Source of the DNA: Verrucomicrobiaceae bacterium
GTDB taxonomy: Bacteria > Verrucomicrobiota > Verrucomicrobiia > Verrucomicrobiales > Akkermansiaceae
Direction: 5' to 3'
DNA: 64,000 nucleotides
NCBI GenBank assembly: GCA_051252135.1
Contig: JBPOGH010000001.1
Coordinates: 32,001 to 96,000 of the forward strand
A model generated the notes under the pieces. The model saw only the letters and a list, made by a program, of their open reading frames with translations. It was not told where the DNA came from and made no database searches. The position numbers and the translations under genes are program-made. This document shows positions 8,615 to 18,778 of this stretch, in pieces; position 1 is the stretch's first letter; each line of letters begins with the position of its first letter.

Positions 8615-11600
8615 TTATTTTAGGGTGGCGAGGTAGGCGAGGATGTCTTCGATTTCCTGGGGCTTGAGGATGAGGCCCATGGGGGGCATGGGGGAGGCGG
8701 GGAGGGGGTAGCCTTCGGCGATGTCGGCGTTGGGGTCGAGGACGGAGGCGCGGATGTAGTCGGCTGTTTTGCGGGTGGCGATGCCATCGAGGGCGGGGCC
8801 GACGATGCCGCCTTCTCCGCCGACGATGTGGCAGCGGCTGCAGGCGGCAACCTCGTGATGGAGGAAGAGGTCTTTTCCTTGGACGGCGTCGCCGGGTTGG
8901 ACTTCGTCATTGTGATCTTCCGAGGGGGCGGGGATGAGCTCGGAGAGGCGGAGGTTTTTGTAGAAGGCGGTGCCTGTGGATTGGCCCCAGCCGCCGAAGA
9001 GGGCGTTGACGGCGAGGGATTTGTGGTTTTGGGAATCGAAGTCGACGGAGACTTCGGTCCAATCGTTTCGCTTCTGAAGAGCCTTGGTGGCAACGCGGGG
9101 ATTTTGGAGTTGGTGGATGTTGAGGAGTGCTCCACTTCCGTTGCCACGGATTCCGATGGTTTTGATTTCGGCACTGAGACGGTAGCGGGTGTTTTGTTTG
9201 ACGGTGACCTCGCTGGTCCACGAGGTGTCGATGAGCTGGGGCGATTGGATTTTTAGGATGCCATCGGTTTGGGTGTGTGTTGCGCCCCGGCCATTGTAGA
9301 TGACGGGCTTCCAGGTGGCGTTGGCGAGGAGGTTTTCTTCGGCGGGGAGGAAGTTGAGGTCAGAGGCGATGGAGATGCCGTGTTTTTTGGCAGCGGCTCC
9401 GAGGGCTTCCTTGAGGAGAGGGTCGGCGCGGTTTTCGTCATTTTTTCCCAGCGTGGTGATGGCGTTGGTGAGCGCATCGGTGGTGGGGAATTGAGCGATG
9501 GCGACGAAGGCGGCGAGGCGGGTGGTGAGATTGGGGTCGTTGATGACGCCGGACTGGAAGAGGAGGCTGCTTCCGTTTTCATCAAGAGAGAGGGCGCGAG
9601 TGGCGTTACGCCGGAGGATGGGGTCGGTGGAGAGGAGGGCCGTGCGGTGGGTTTCGGGATCGAGTTGTCCGAGGCCATGGAGGGTCCAGAGGGCGTGGGT
9701 GGATCCGATGCCGGGTTGGGCGACCATTTTTTTGAGCGATTCAGTGGCGGAGGTTTGCTTTTGATCGACGAGAAGGCGTTGGGCGGTGAGGCGCCAGAAT
9801 TGATTGTGGTGGCCGAGGGCGGCTACGAGGTTTTCGGTGGATGCTCCGTGGAGTGAGGTGATGGTGGATTTGGGGGCCTTATCCCAGATGAGTCGGTAGA
9901 TGCGGCCGTGCTGGCGGTCGCGGTTGGGATTGATGTGGGCGTTGCCCTTTCCGTTTTGGGCATCGTAGCCCCCGCGTCCGGCGTTGGGGGTGGGGTTGTG
10001 CTGGATGATGAAGTTGTACCAATCGGAGATCCAGAGGTTGCCATCGGGGCCGACCTCGGCGGCGACGGGGGAGAACCATTCGTCGGCGGAGGCGATGAGG
10101 GCGAAGTCGTTTTTGGCGTGATAGCCGGCGCCTTTGGGCGAGGTTTGGAATTTTCCGAGGAGATTTCCGGTGGGGCCGCAGACGAAGGCGGTGTTGCCCT
10201 GCCATGAGGTCGGGAAGTTTTCGGAGTTGGCGAAGGCGTGTCCGGCGGCGGCGGTGTAGCCACCGAAGACATCGACCTGGCGGATGTTCGGGGTGATGGG
10301 GTGGAAGGTGGGTGAAGAGGCGATGATGTCGGCGCTGAGTCCGCGTCCGCCGGGCAGGATGGTGGCGGGGATGCCGCCGAAGAAACTGGGGTTGTTATTG
10401 GCGGTGGAGCCGAAGGTGTCACCGGCGGGATTGAAGCCGAGGCCCCAAGTGTTGTTGTTGAACTGGTGGAGGAACTCGAGATGGGAGCCGTCCTTTTGAA
10501 AGCGGTAGACGCCCATGCCGAATTTTTTGCCGTCGTGATTGTAGGCGGAGTATCCGACGGTGCCGTAGAGTTGGTTATCGAGACCGTAGCGGAGATTAGA
10601 GGGGCCGGCGTGGGTGTCGCCGGTGCCCCAGCCGGTGAGGACGACCTCGCGGACGTCGGCTTTGTCGTCGCCATCGGTGTCTTTTAGGAAAAGAGTTTCA
10701 GCGGCGTGGTGGACGTAGACTCCGCCGTTTGCGAAGGTGAGAGAGGTAGGGATGTTGAGTCCGTCGGCAAAGACGGTGACCTTGTCGCAGAGGCCGTCGC
10801 CATCGGTGTCCTCGAGGATTTTAATCTTATCGTCGCCGACGCGTTCGGCTTTGATTTCGTTCGGGTAATCGACGGTTTCGGCAGCCCAGAGGCGGCCTTT
10901 TTCATCCCATGCGAGGCTGATGGGGTTGACGATTTGGGGTTCGGCGGCGAAGAGCTCGAGCTTCCAGCCGATGGGGACCTGGGTGTATTTGAGGCTGTCG
11001 GCGGGAGTGAGGGGGTGTTGATACTGAAGTGGCTTGGGGCGTTTTTCGTAGTTGGGGATGTTATCGCGGGTCTCGTAGGTGAGAGGGGGGCGGGAGGCGA
11101 GGAAGGTCTCGTAGGAGGCTTTGCGCTTATCGCCGACGGCCCAGAGGATGCCGGACTTGAGGAGCTGGTGGAAATTGGGCTGGGTCCAGACGCGTTGGTC
11201 GTGTCCGGAGGCGGTGTAGAAGACGCGGCCCTGGCCTTGTGTGCGGGTCCAGGTCCAGGGTTCGGGGGTGGTGATGTTGTCGTCTCCCTCCGGCTTGCGG
11301 ACCATGAGGATGTCGCGATCCGATCCGTGCATGGAGTGGACGTAGGTTTCATCCCAGGCGTGGAATGACTCGAGGCCCTTCATGGCAGGGTGGTCGGGCT
11401 TGGTGATGGTGGGGGTGAATTCCTTACCCTTGTGGTGCTTGAACTGAGCACCGACGAGTTTCACGAAGCCGGGTTCGTTTCGGAAGCAGAAGGAGGCGGA
11501 GTGGACGGGGATGAAGCCGCCGCCGTCTTCGACAAATTTGACGAGGTTTTTGAATTGGTGCGGTTCGATGGTGTCGTGGTTGGCGTAGAGAAGGATGCCA

Positions 11601-11854
11601 TCGAATTGACTGAGGTAGGAGATGTCTCCGAGGGCTTCTTCAACTGAGGTGGTGTAGTCGAAGTAGATACCATCCCGGCCGAGGGCCTTGGAAATGATGG
11701 GGTAGTATTCGTTGGAATTGTGGACTTCGCGGTCGTGACCGAGGAAGAGGATTCTGATGGGGCCTTCTTTTTCAACCGTTTGTTCCGGGGTGGTTTGCGC
11801 GAGGGAGAGGAGCGCGATGAGGGCGAGTGGGAAGAGGAGGAGAAGGTGTTTCAT
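8615..11854 (-). CDS. PVC-type heme-binding CxxCH protein: ThuA-like domain + dehydrogenase-like beta-propeller + HEAT-like region + CBM-like module + cytochrome c
   Basis: ThuA motifs (WDETYVH, GQGRVFYTASGH), LFAAEP..VNP...WDEKGRLW, DTDGDG repeats, DWYNFIIQHN, C-terminal CSRCH...GPALDG...SPMP. Confidence 0.88.
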   Translation of the reverse strand: MKHLLLLFPLALIALLSLAQTTPEQTVEKEGPIRILFLGHDREVHNSNEYYPIISKALGRDGIYFDYTTSVEEALGDISYLSQFDGILLYANHDTIEPHQFKNLVKFVEDGGGFIPVHSASFCFRNEPGFVKLVGAQFKHHKGKEFTPTITKPDHPAMKGLESFHAWDETYVHSMHGSDRDILMVRKPEGDDNITTPEPWTWTRTQGQGRVFYTASGHDQRVWTQPNFHQLLKSGILWAVGDKRKASYETFLASRPPLTYETRDNIPNYEKRPKPLQYQHPLTPADSLKYTQVPIGWKLELFAAEPQIVNPISLAWDEKGRLWAAETVDYPNEIKAERVGDDKIKILEDTDGDGLCDKVTVFADGLNIPTSLTFANGGVYVHHAAETLFLKDTDGDDKADVREVVLTGWGTGDTHAGPSNLRYGLDNQLYGTVGYSAYNHDGKKFGMGVYRFQKDGSHLEFLHQFNNNTWGLGFNPAGDTFGSTANNNPSFFGGIPATILPGGRGLSADIIASSPTFHPITPNIRQVDVFGGYTAAAGHAFANSENFPTSWQGNTAFVCGPTGNLLGKFQTSPKGAGYHAKNDFALIASADEWFSPVAAEVGPDGNLWISDWYNFIIQHNPTPNAGRGGYDAQNGKGNAHINPNRDRQHGRIYRLIWDKAPKSTITSLHGASTENLVAALGHHNQFWRLTAQRLLVDQKQTSATESLKKMVAQPGIGSTHALWTLHGLGQLDPETHRTALLSTDPILRRNATRALSLDENGSSLLFQSGVINDPNLTTRLAAFVAIAQFPTTDALTNAITTLGKNDENRADPLLKEALGAAAKKHGISIASDLNFLPAEENLLANATWKPVIYNGRGATHTQTDGILKIQSPQLIDTSWTSEVTVKQNTRYRLSAEIKTIGIRGNGSGALLNIHQLQNPRVATKALQKRNDWTEVSVDFDSQNHKSLAVNALFGGWGQSTGTAFYKNLRLSELIPAPSEDHNDEVQPGDAVQGKDLFLHHEVAACSRCHIVGGEGGIVGPALDGIATRKTADYIRASVLDPNADIAEGYPLPASPMPPMGLILKPQEIEDILAYLATLK

Positions 11855-11895
11855 TTGGGAAAGAGGGACTTTGGGAAGGAGGGAGGGGGATGTTT

Positions 11896-11953
11896 GCGAC
11901 GGTCATAGACCGCCGCTACAAAAGGGGAGGGCGGGGCTGGAAGCCCCGGCTCC
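11896..11953 (-). repeat. Two REP-like palindromes (GGAG- and GTAG-type)
   Basis: Minus strand reads GGAGCCGGGGCTTCCAGCCCCG and GTAGCGGCGGTCTATGACCGTCGC: tetranucleotide followed by an imperfect palindrome. Confidence 0.65.
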
Positions 11954-11954
11954 C

Positions 11955-13085
11955 TTATTGGATGGTGAACTCGGGGAGTTTGATGAGGGCACCGCCTTGT
12001 TGGGCGGACTCGTGGGCGAGGATTCCGGTGCAGGTGATGTTGGCGGATTGGACGTCGTTGGGGTAGCCCTCGCCGCGGCCGTGGAGGAGTTCGACGAACT
12101 GGTGGACGAGGTGCGGGTGGGAGCCGCCGTGGCCGGCGCCCTGGGTGAAGCTGAGGTGGTCTTCTCCTTCTTCGCCGCCATAGACGCCACCGGTGGTGAA
12201 GGGGGCGATCTCCTCGGGGAGGAGGTGGGCGTAGTCCGGGCAGGTGACTTTTTCGGGAATCTCGGGCTCGGGTTTCTTGGCTGTGTGGACGACGAGTTCC
12301 TCGCCCTCGATGAGGGGCCACTCGACGGATTTTTCGCTGCCGTAGACCTCCATAGACTCGCGGTATTGGCGGGCGACATCGAAGAGAGAACGGTAGACGA
12401 GTCCGGAGAGATCGGAGTCCTTGAACTTCACATGGCAGCTTTCGACGGCATAAGGAGAGCCGTAGCAGTCGTGCATTTCCTCGCGGATGGTTCCGGAGGC
12501 GAAGCAGGAGACGTACTCCGCCTGATGGCGGCCGAGGCCGAGAAGGGGGCCGACGCAGTGGGTGGCGTAGTGCATGGGGGGGAGGCCGGGCCAGTAGCCG
12601 GGCCAGCCATCCATATCCTGCTGGTGGGAGGCTTTGAGGAACTGGAGTTTGCCGAGTTCGCCGTTGTCGTAGAGCTCTTTCATGAAGAGGAACTCGCGGG
12701 CGTAGACGACGGTTTCCATCATCATGTATTTGAGGCCGGTGGAGGCGCAAAGTTCGACAATGGCTTTGCAGTCCTCGACGGAAGTGGCCATGGGGACGGT
12801 GCAGGCGACGTGCTTTCCGGCCTTGAGGGCGGCGATGGTTTGCTCGGCGTGATTGGGGATGGGAGAGTTGATGTGGACGGCGTCGATATCGGGATCGGCG
12901 AGGAGGTCCTCGTAGCTGGTGTAGCGTTTTGAGATGCCGTATTTATCGCCGATCTCGTTGAGCGAGGACTCGGTGCGTTGGCAGATGGCAGCCATTTCGG
13001 CGCCGGGGTGGCGTTGATAGATGGGGACGAATTCGGCTCCGAAGCCGAGGCCGACGATGGCGATGCGCACTGGTTTTTCTGACAT
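11955..13085 (-). CDS. Gfo/Idh/MocA family NAD-dependent oxidoreductase
   Basis: IAIVGLGFG Rossmann motif, DIDAVHINSP..H, AGKHVACTVPMA; start ATG 13085. Confidence 0.9.
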   Translation of the reverse strand: MSEKPVRIAIVGLGFGAEFVPIYQRHPGAEMAAICQRTESSLNEIGDKYGISKRYTSYEDLLADPDIDAVHINSPIPNHAEQTIAALKAGKHVACTVPMATSVEDCKAIVELCASTGLKYMMMETVVYAREFLFMKELYDNGELGKLQFLKASHQQDMDGWPGYWPGLPPMHYATHCVGPLLGLGRHQAEYVSCFASGTIREEMHDCYGSPYAVESCHVKFKDSDLSGLVYRSLFDVARQYRESMEVYGSEKSVEWPLIEGEELVVHTAKKPEPEIPEKVTCPDYAHLLPEEIAPFTTGGVYGGEEGEDHLSFTQGAGHGGSHPHLVHQFVELLHGRGEGYPNDVQSANITCTGILAHESAQQGGALIKLPEFTIQ

Positions 13086-13156
13086 GATGGGTGAGAGAAT
13101 CATTTTCCGGATGAAAATACTAGGGGGAGAGCGAAAATTTTGTGTATGATTGCGAC

Positions 13157-13879
13157 ATGATTCGCGATGAGTGGGTGCGAGGTTTACGGCCGGGGCAGGT
13201 GTCGTATTTGTTCGATTACCTTCCGGACACCTTGTACTTTGCCAAGGACAAGGAAATGCGGTTGATGGCGGGGAACCGGGCATTTATCGAGCGATGCGGT
13301 TTTGCGACCGAAGAGGAAATGGTGGGTCGCCAGGATCGGGAAATTTTTCCGGTGGAGTTGGCGACGAAGTACCTTGAGGACGATCGGCGGGTGATTGAGA
13401 GCGGGGAGGCCTTGGTGGAGATTGTGGAGTTGTTTCCGAATCGTCTTGGTGAGCCGGAGTGGTTCATCACGGATAAGATTCCGCTTTTTGATGTGAATGG
13501 TGAAGTGGCGGGGCTGTGCGGGATGGTGCGAAGTTTTGAGGGGGCGAGGGCGCACTTGCAGCCGTATCTTGATCTGTTGCCGGTGACGGAATTTCTGAAG
13601 GAGAATTATGACCGGAAGGTGGTGTTGCCGGATTTGGCGAAGCAGGTGGGGATGTCGGTGAGGAAGTTGCAGCGACGGTTTCAGGAGACGTTTAAGACGA
13701 CGCCCCAGCAATACATTGGTCGGCTCCGGATTCTGGAGGCGTGTGAGCTTCTGGTGAAGACCCAGCTCACGGTGACGGAGATTGCGCTGCGGGTGGGTTT
13801 TTATGACCACGCGGCGTTCTCGAAGAAGTTCTCCGAGTTGATCGGGATGTCGCCGAGGGAGTATCGGAAACGGAACTAA
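13157..13879 (+). CDS. AraC family transcriptional regulator with N-terminal PAS domain
   Basis: PAS (FAKDKEMRLMAGN...), C-terminal LAKQVGMSVRKLQRRF and EIALRVGFYDHAAFSKKF..GMSPREYR; divergent from the oxidoreductase. Confidence 0.92.
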   Translation: MIRDEWVRGLRPGQVSYLFDYLPDTLYFAKDKEMRLMAGNRAFIERCGFATEEEMVGRQDREIFPVELATKYLEDDRRVIESGEALVEIVELFPNRLGEPEWFITDKIPLFDVNGEVAGLCGMVRSFEGARAHLQPYLDLLPVTEFLKENYDRKVVLPDLAKQVGMSVRKLQRRFQETFKTTPQQYIGRLRILEACELLVKTQLTVTEIALRVGFYDHAAFSKKFSELIGMSPREYRKRN

Positions 13880-14136
13880 CCCTTACGGTATTTCCCGAGG
13901 GAGGCGGCTTCGAGGCGGTTGATGCGGCGGCCGAGGTAGAGAGCGAGGGCGACGCAGACGCCGAGGGTCCAGGTGCCCCATGAAGGGTTGGCGAGGAAGG
14001 AGCCGATGGCAAAGCCGAGTCCGAGGCAGAAGAGGGCGAGGGAGGCGGCGAAGAGTGTGATGATCTGCCGGGGGATGACAATGAGATCATCGCGGTGGCG
14101 TTCTTTGAGGAGGTGCTGGAAGTCGTCGCCGATCAT
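13876..14136 (-). CDS. Small hypothetical membrane protein
   Basis: 86 aa with two hydrophobic segments; codon usage like other minus-strand genes. Confidence 0.6.
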   Translation of the reverse strand: MIGDDFQHLLKERHRDDLIVIPRQIITLFAASLALFCLGLGFAIGSFLANPSWGTWTLGVCVALALYLGRRINRLEAASLGKYRKG

Positions 14137-14223
14137 GATTTGAGGATAACGGGGAGGAGCGGGGGCGGAAGGAGAAAGGGAAGCTCTGGCTTGCGGGGAG
14201 GCGGCTGGTTGGTAAAAGGAGGG

Positions 14224-14865
14224 GTGAAGAAACTCCCCCTTGTTCCGTTTTGTCTCGCCCTACTTGTGATGGTCTCCTGCTCGACCGCTTATTATGCGGC
14301 GATGGATAAGCTGGGGTATGAGAAGCGTCATATTTTGGTGGATCGGGTGAAGAAGGCGAAGGGATCGCAGATTGAGGCGAAGGAGCAGTTTTCCTCGGCG
14401 CTTGATGAATTCATCGCGGTGTCGAATTACAAGGGGGGCGATCTTGAAAAGATGTACCGGAAGATTGAAAAGGCTTACGAGAAGTCGGTGGATCGTGCCG
14501 ATGAGGTGCGGGAGCGGAACGACAAGGTGGCCGCGACGGGGAAGGCTCTTTTCAAGGAGTGGGGAAAGGAGATTAAGGAGTATTCCGATCCGCAGTTGGC
14601 GGCGGCTTCACGGGAGAAGTATGCGGCGGCCCAAGTGCGCTACAAAGAGCTGCTGACGGCGATGCGGAATGCGGAGTCGAAGTTGGACCCGGTGTTGGCG
14701 AAATTTCGCGATCAGACGCTCTTTTTGAAGCACAATCTGAATGCGAAAGCGATCGCGGCACTGGAGACGCAAGTGACGCGGGTGAAGGTGGATGTGGCGC
14801 GGTTGATCCGCGATATGGAACGATCGATTGCGGAGTCCGATCGCTTCATCAAGGAGATGAAGTAG
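14224..14865 (+). CDS. DUF2959 family coiled-coil lipoprotein
   Basis: Lipobox LVMVSC, YYAAMDKLGYEKRHILVDRV, FLKHNLNAKAIAAL; GTG start at 14224 inferred. Confidence 0.8.
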   Translation: MKKLPLVPFCLALLVMVSCSTAYYAAMDKLGYEKRHILVDRVKKAKGSQIEAKEQFSSALDEFIAVSNYKGGDLEKMYRKIEKAYEKSVDRADEVRERNDKVAATGKALFKEWGKEIKEYSDPQLAAASREKYAAAQVRYKELLTAMRNAESKLDPVLAKFRDQTLFLKHNLNAKAIAALETQVTRVKVDVARLIRDMERSIAESDRFIKEMK

Positions 14866-14870
14866 TTTGC

Positions 14871-16796
14871 TTAGAACTTCCAGTTTTGGGTCTTGGCTGG
14901 CCCTTGGGAGCTGATGGAAATGGAGTCGATCCTGACGGTCTGTCCGGTGGCGGGGAGGTGGATACGAAGGATGCCGAGGCTGCCGGTGGCGGGGAGATCG
15001 ATGGAGAGGTCGTTCCATTTTCCGGCTTCGAGGGTGAAGGGTGTTGAGCCGATTGGTGGTTTGCCGTTGGACCAGGAGACTTTGCCGTTTCCGCCTTTGG
15101 GGGCGAGGATGCGGAGGGTGATTTTTGAGGGGCCTTTGTGTTGGGTGACGCCGATTCCGAGGAAGGGGTCGGGGGCGGTGCCTTTGATGGTGAGGATGCC
15201 GTCCTTGATGGCGGTTTGACTGTTGCGTGCTTTCCATCCCTTGAGGGTGGGATCGAAGGCGTCGTCTTTTGCGGCGCCTTTATTGGGAGTGGCGGCTTTG
15301 GGTTGGCGGACGCGGTTTTTTCCTTCGAGTTCGGGTTGGTATTTTGCAGGGTCGAATTTGGGGTTGGGGACGGGTTGGACGGCGTTGGTCGCGGTGAGGA
15401 AGTGGGTGATGAGGGCGTCGAGCTTTTGGACGACTTCGGGGTTTTGGGAGGCGAGGTTGTTCTTTTCGCCGATGTCTTCCTTGAGGTTAAAGAGGCGGTA
15501 GCGGTGGGCTCCGTCTTCGCCCTGGAAGAATTCGCGAATGAGTTTCCAGTGCTCGTGGTGGACGGAGATGGAGGGTGGGATCCAGTCGGGGACGGGAGGG
15601 TCGTGAGGGAAGTAAGTGAAGATGGCTTCGCGGGAGAAGGGTTCGCCACGGAGGGCGGGAGCGAGGCTGACGCCATCGAATTCCTGACCTTCTTCTTTTT
15701 TGAGGGGAAGGAGGTCGAGGAAGGTGGGGAAGAAGTCGGTGGACTGGACGAGGGCGTCGCTGCGGGTCTCGGGCTGAATGTGACCGGGCCAGGCGACGAT
15801 CATGGGGACGCGGACGCCGCCTTCGAACATGGAGGCTTTTCCTCCGCGAAGAGGGAAGTTGCTGGTGGGGGTGGTGCCATCGACTTCGTTGTACATGTTT
15901 CCTCCGTTATCGGAGAAGAAGACGATGATGGTGTTGTCGGTGAGTTTGAGTCGGTCGAGGGCGTCGATGAGGGTGCCGATGGCGTCATCCATGGCTTCGA
16001 CCATGGCGGCGTAGGTGGGGCTGCGCTGGGGGTCGTTGGGGTCGATGAGGGGCCGGTATTTTTCGATGACTTCTTCTTTGGCATCGAAAGGGGCGTGGAC
16101 GGAGAACATCCAGTAGTTGAGGAGGAAGGGTTTGTCCTTGTTCTTCTCCATGAAGGCGACGGCTTCTTCGGCCATGCGGTCCTCGATGTGCTCCTTGGGG
16201 TGGTTGGGATCGAAGTCGGGGTAGCGCCAGGGGGCGACGAAATTTCCGGCGGGTCCGGGGCCGTGCCAGTGGGGGATGTCAATGTCGAAGCCGTTTTTGA
16301 GAGGCGAGTGGGGTTCGGCGCCGAGGTGCCATTTGCCGAAGTGGGCGGTGGCGTAGCCCGCGTCCTTGAAGGACTCGCCGAGGGTGTAATACCTGGTGTC
16401 GAGTCGGTTGACGGGATTGGGTTGGATGGCTTTGTTTTTGGGGGCTGAAGTGGTGCCCTCGGTTGCGGTGAGAATGGGCGTTCCGATGTGGCAGTTCGGC
16501 GTGGTGAGTCCGGTGCGGGCGGGATTGAGCCCGGTGAGGATACTGGAGCGGGTGGGCGAGCAGAGGGGGCTGGCGGAGTAGGCGCGGGTGAAGGTCATGC
16601 CGCGCTTGGCGAGCCGCTCGATGTTGGGAGTCCGGTAGAGTTTGGTGTGGCCGTAGAGGGTGGTGTCGGCCCAGCCGAGGTCATCTGCGAGGATGAAGAC
16701 GACGTTGGGCGTGGAGGAACTTTGAGCAGCGAACAGTGAAGATGAACTCTGAAGGAAGAGGGCGAAGAGGAGATTTGAGATTTGAGATCTGAACAT
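14871..16796 (-). CDS. Secreted S1 sulfatase with C-terminal beta-sandwich module
   Basis: [43 protein letters not shown]. Confidence 0.93.
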   Translation of the reverse strand: MFRSQISNLLFALFLQSSSSLFAAQSSSTPNVVFILADDLGWADTTLYGHTKLYRTPNIERLAKRGMTFTRAYSASPLCSPTRSSILTGLNPARTGLTTPNCHIGTPILTATEGTTSAPKNKAIQPNPVNRLDTRYYTLGESFKDAGYATAHFGKWHLGAEPHSPLKNGFDIDIPHWHGPGPAGNFVAPWRYPDFDPNHPKEHIEDRMAEEAVAFMEKNKDKPFLLNYWMFSVHAPFDAKEEVIEKYRPLIDPNDPQRSPTYAAMVEAMDDAIGTLIDALDRLKLTDNTIIVFFSDNGGNMYNEVDGTTPTSNFPLRGGKASMFEGGVRVPMIVAWPGHIQPETRSDALVQSTDFFPTFLDLLPLKKEEGQEFDGVSLAPALRGEPFSREAIFTYFPHDPPVPDWIPPSISVHHEHWKLIREFFQGEDGAHRYRLFNLKEDIGEKNNLASQNPEVVQKLDALITHFLTATNAVQPVPNPKFDPAKYQPELEGKNRVRQPKAATPNKGAAKDDAFDPTLKGWKARNSQTAIKDGILTIKGTAPDPFLGIGVTQHKGPSKITLRILAPKGGNGKVSWSNGKPPIGSTPFTLEAGKWNDLSIDLPATGSLGILRIHLPATGQTVRIDSISISSQGPAKTQNWKF

Positions 16797-16807
16797 GAGA
16801 TTTGAGA
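16770..16807. repeat. GAGATTT heptamer repeats overlapping the sulfatase start
   Basis: GAGATTT GAGATTT GAGATCT GAACAT GAGATTT GAGA; encodes the N-terminal MFRSQISNL. Confidence 0.7.
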
Positions 16808-16869
16808 GGGCTTTGGTTGTGGGAGGAGGCTCACGCAGAGACGCGGAGTTTTTTTTGGCGGACTAGAGG

Positions 16870-18642
16870 TTAGTTTTTGCCGGGAGTCCAGGTGATGGTG
16901 TTGGTGGCGTCCTTGAGAGTGATGGTGCCGATTTGGACGGGGTGGTTGGGGAGGAGAAGGCGCAGGTGAACGGTCGTTGATTTGGCGGGAACTTCAAGAG
17001 TGAGAGTTTGCCATTCCGTGGAGGCGGCGAGTTGGGTGGTGGTTTCTTTACCGGAGAAGAAATCCTTTTGTTCACTGGTGCGCCAGGAGATGCCGAGGGG
17101 GCCGCCCTGAGAGGCGCGGATGTTGACGGTAGCGGTGAAAGGGCCGTTGAGGTTGAGTTGATTTTTGACGAGGAAAGGGGCTTGTTTGGAGGCGGGGAGG
17201 GGGGTGATGTGGAGGGATCCGTCCTTCAGTTCGTGGGAGCCATTTCGGATCGTGGCGTTGGATTGGGGGTGTGCTTTTTCCTTTTTGGCGGTTGGTTTCG
17301 GGACGTCTTTGCCATCGAGGTAGAAGTCGAAATATCGGTCCCAAGTGGCGGACATTTTACCGGAGGGGAGTCCGGCGGGGGTGAGGTCGGAAGACCAGGT
17401 GGAGAGTTGGGTGTGGAGGCGTTCGACGATGTCCGGGTGCTTGTCGAAGAGGTTGTTTGACTCGCCGGGGTCGGTGTCGAGGTCGAAGAGATATTGGCGA
17501 TCACCACCGCGGAGGAGTTTCCATTTTCCATCACGGATGGCGGCCTGGTCGATCCAGCGCCAGAAGAGGGTGCGCTCGGGGAGGGTGTTTGCTTTGAGAT
17601 GAGGGATGAGGTTGAGGCCATCGAATCCGGAGTGGTCGGCACCGGCGAGATGGGCGGTGGTGGCGGTGGCATCGAGAGCGATGATGGGCTGGTGGTAGAC
17701 GGTGTTGGCGGGAAGGGTGCCGGGCCAGGAAATGAGGAAGGGAACGCGGATGCCGCCTTCGGCAAGCATGCCCTTTTCGCCATTCATGGGTTTGTTGAGA
17801 GAGCCATCCCAGCCGGGGCCTCCGCCGGGGGCGTCGATCTTGTGGATCTTGAGTGGGGCTCCGTTATCGCCGATGTAAAAGATGAGGGTTTTTTCGGTGA
17901 GGTTATGTGCTTTCAGTTCGGCGACGATGGCACCGACTCCGTCATCCATGGCGGAGATCATGGCGAGGGCCTGGCGGCGGCGCTGGGGCATTTCGCCGGG
18001 GAAGCGGTCGAGGTATTTTTTGGGAGCGTCGAGGGGGACGTGGGGGGCACGGTAGGCGAGGTAGATGAAGAAGGGGTCGTCCTTGTGCTTGCGGATGAGG
18101 GTGCGGGCCATGTCCGAGCAGTCATCGAGGTGGTAGCTGGTTTGAGGGAGATTGCGGACGGGGATTTTGTTTCCTTCGCGGTCGACGTTTGCGGGACACG
18201 GTGCGTCGCGGTTTTTGTTGTAGAAGTAATCGAAGCCGTGTTGGTCGATGGCGTTGCCGGGGCCGAGGTGCCACTTGCCGATTTGGGCGGTGGTGTAGCC
18301 GACTTTTTTGAGGCGTTCGGCGATGGTGAGTTCGGCATCGAAGCCGGAAAGGTCTTTGCCATTTGCTTCGACGTTGAAGCGATTTTGGTAACGTCCGGCG
18401 AGGAGTCCGGCACGGGAGGGGATGCACTGGGGGGCGGAGGAGTAGCCGTTGGTGGCGCGGATGCCGGAGGCGGCGAGGGCGTCGAGGTGCGGGGTTTTGA
18501 GATCGTGGTAGATGCCGGCGGGGCCGATGTCAGGCCAGCCGTGGTCATCAGTGTAGATGAGGATGATGTTTGGCTTCTCCTCTTCGGATCCGCATAGCTG
18601 GGAGGTGAGGAGAGCGGCGAATGCGAGAGAGAAGAATTTCAT
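16870..18642 (-). CDS. Secreted S1 sulfatase with C-terminal beta-sandwich module
   Basis: MKFFSLAFAA signal, PNIILIYTDDHG, CIPSR, GKWHLG, GDNGA, GEKGMLAEGGIRVP; start ATG 18642. Confidence 0.93.
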   Translation of the reverse strand: MKFFSLAFAALLTSQLCGSEEEKPNIILIYTDDHGWPDIGPAGIYHDLKTPHLDALAASGIRATNGYSSAPQCIPSRAGLLAGRYQNRFNVEANGKDLSGFDAELTIAERLKKVGYTTAQIGKWHLGPGNAIDQHGFDYFYNKNRDAPCPANVDREGNKIPVRNLPQTSYHLDDCSDMARTLIRKHKDDPFFIYLAYRAPHVPLDAPKKYLDRFPGEMPQRRRQALAMISAMDDGVGAIVAELKAHNLTEKTLIFYIGDNGAPLKIHKIDAPGGGPGWDGSLNKPMNGEKGMLAEGGIRVPFLISWPGTLPANTVYHQPIIALDATATTAHLAGADHSGFDGLNLIPHLKANTLPERTLFWRWIDQAAIRDGKWKLLRGGDRQYLFDLDTDPGESNNLFDKHPDIVERLHTQLSTWSSDLTPAGLPSGKMSATWDRYFDFYLDGKDVPKPTAKKEKAHPQSNATIRNGSHELKDGSLHITPLPASKQAPFLVKNQLNLNGPFTATVNIRASQGGPLGISWRTSEQKDFFSGKETTTQLAASTEWQTLTLEVPAKSTTVHLRLLLPNHPVQIGTITLKDATNTITWTPGKN

Positions 18643-18703
18643 GGGAGAGGGAGCTCTTGGGGCTGGGTGAAAATATACCTTAACTGGAGAGGGATCTATC
18701 AAG

Positions 18704-18717
18704 AAGAAACGTTTCTT
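18704..18717. promoter_or_regulatory. Candidate LacI-family operator AAGAAACGTTTCTT
   Basis: Perfect 14-bp palindrome with central CG, adjacent to a minus-strand TTGATA upstream of the sulfatase; similar sites at 26303 and 27805. Confidence 0.75.
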
Positions 18718-18740
18718 TTTCCGGTATCAAAGAAGGTGAG

Positions 18741-18770
18741 AAAAAACCCCGGACCGTGGGACCGGGTTTT
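18741..18770 (-). terminator. Probable intrinsic terminator
   Basis: AAAAAACCCCGG-accgtggga-CCGGGTTTT hairpin with a U-tract on the minus strand, after the GH78-sulfatase unit. Confidence 0.6.
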
Positions 18771-18778
18771 GAGATTTT

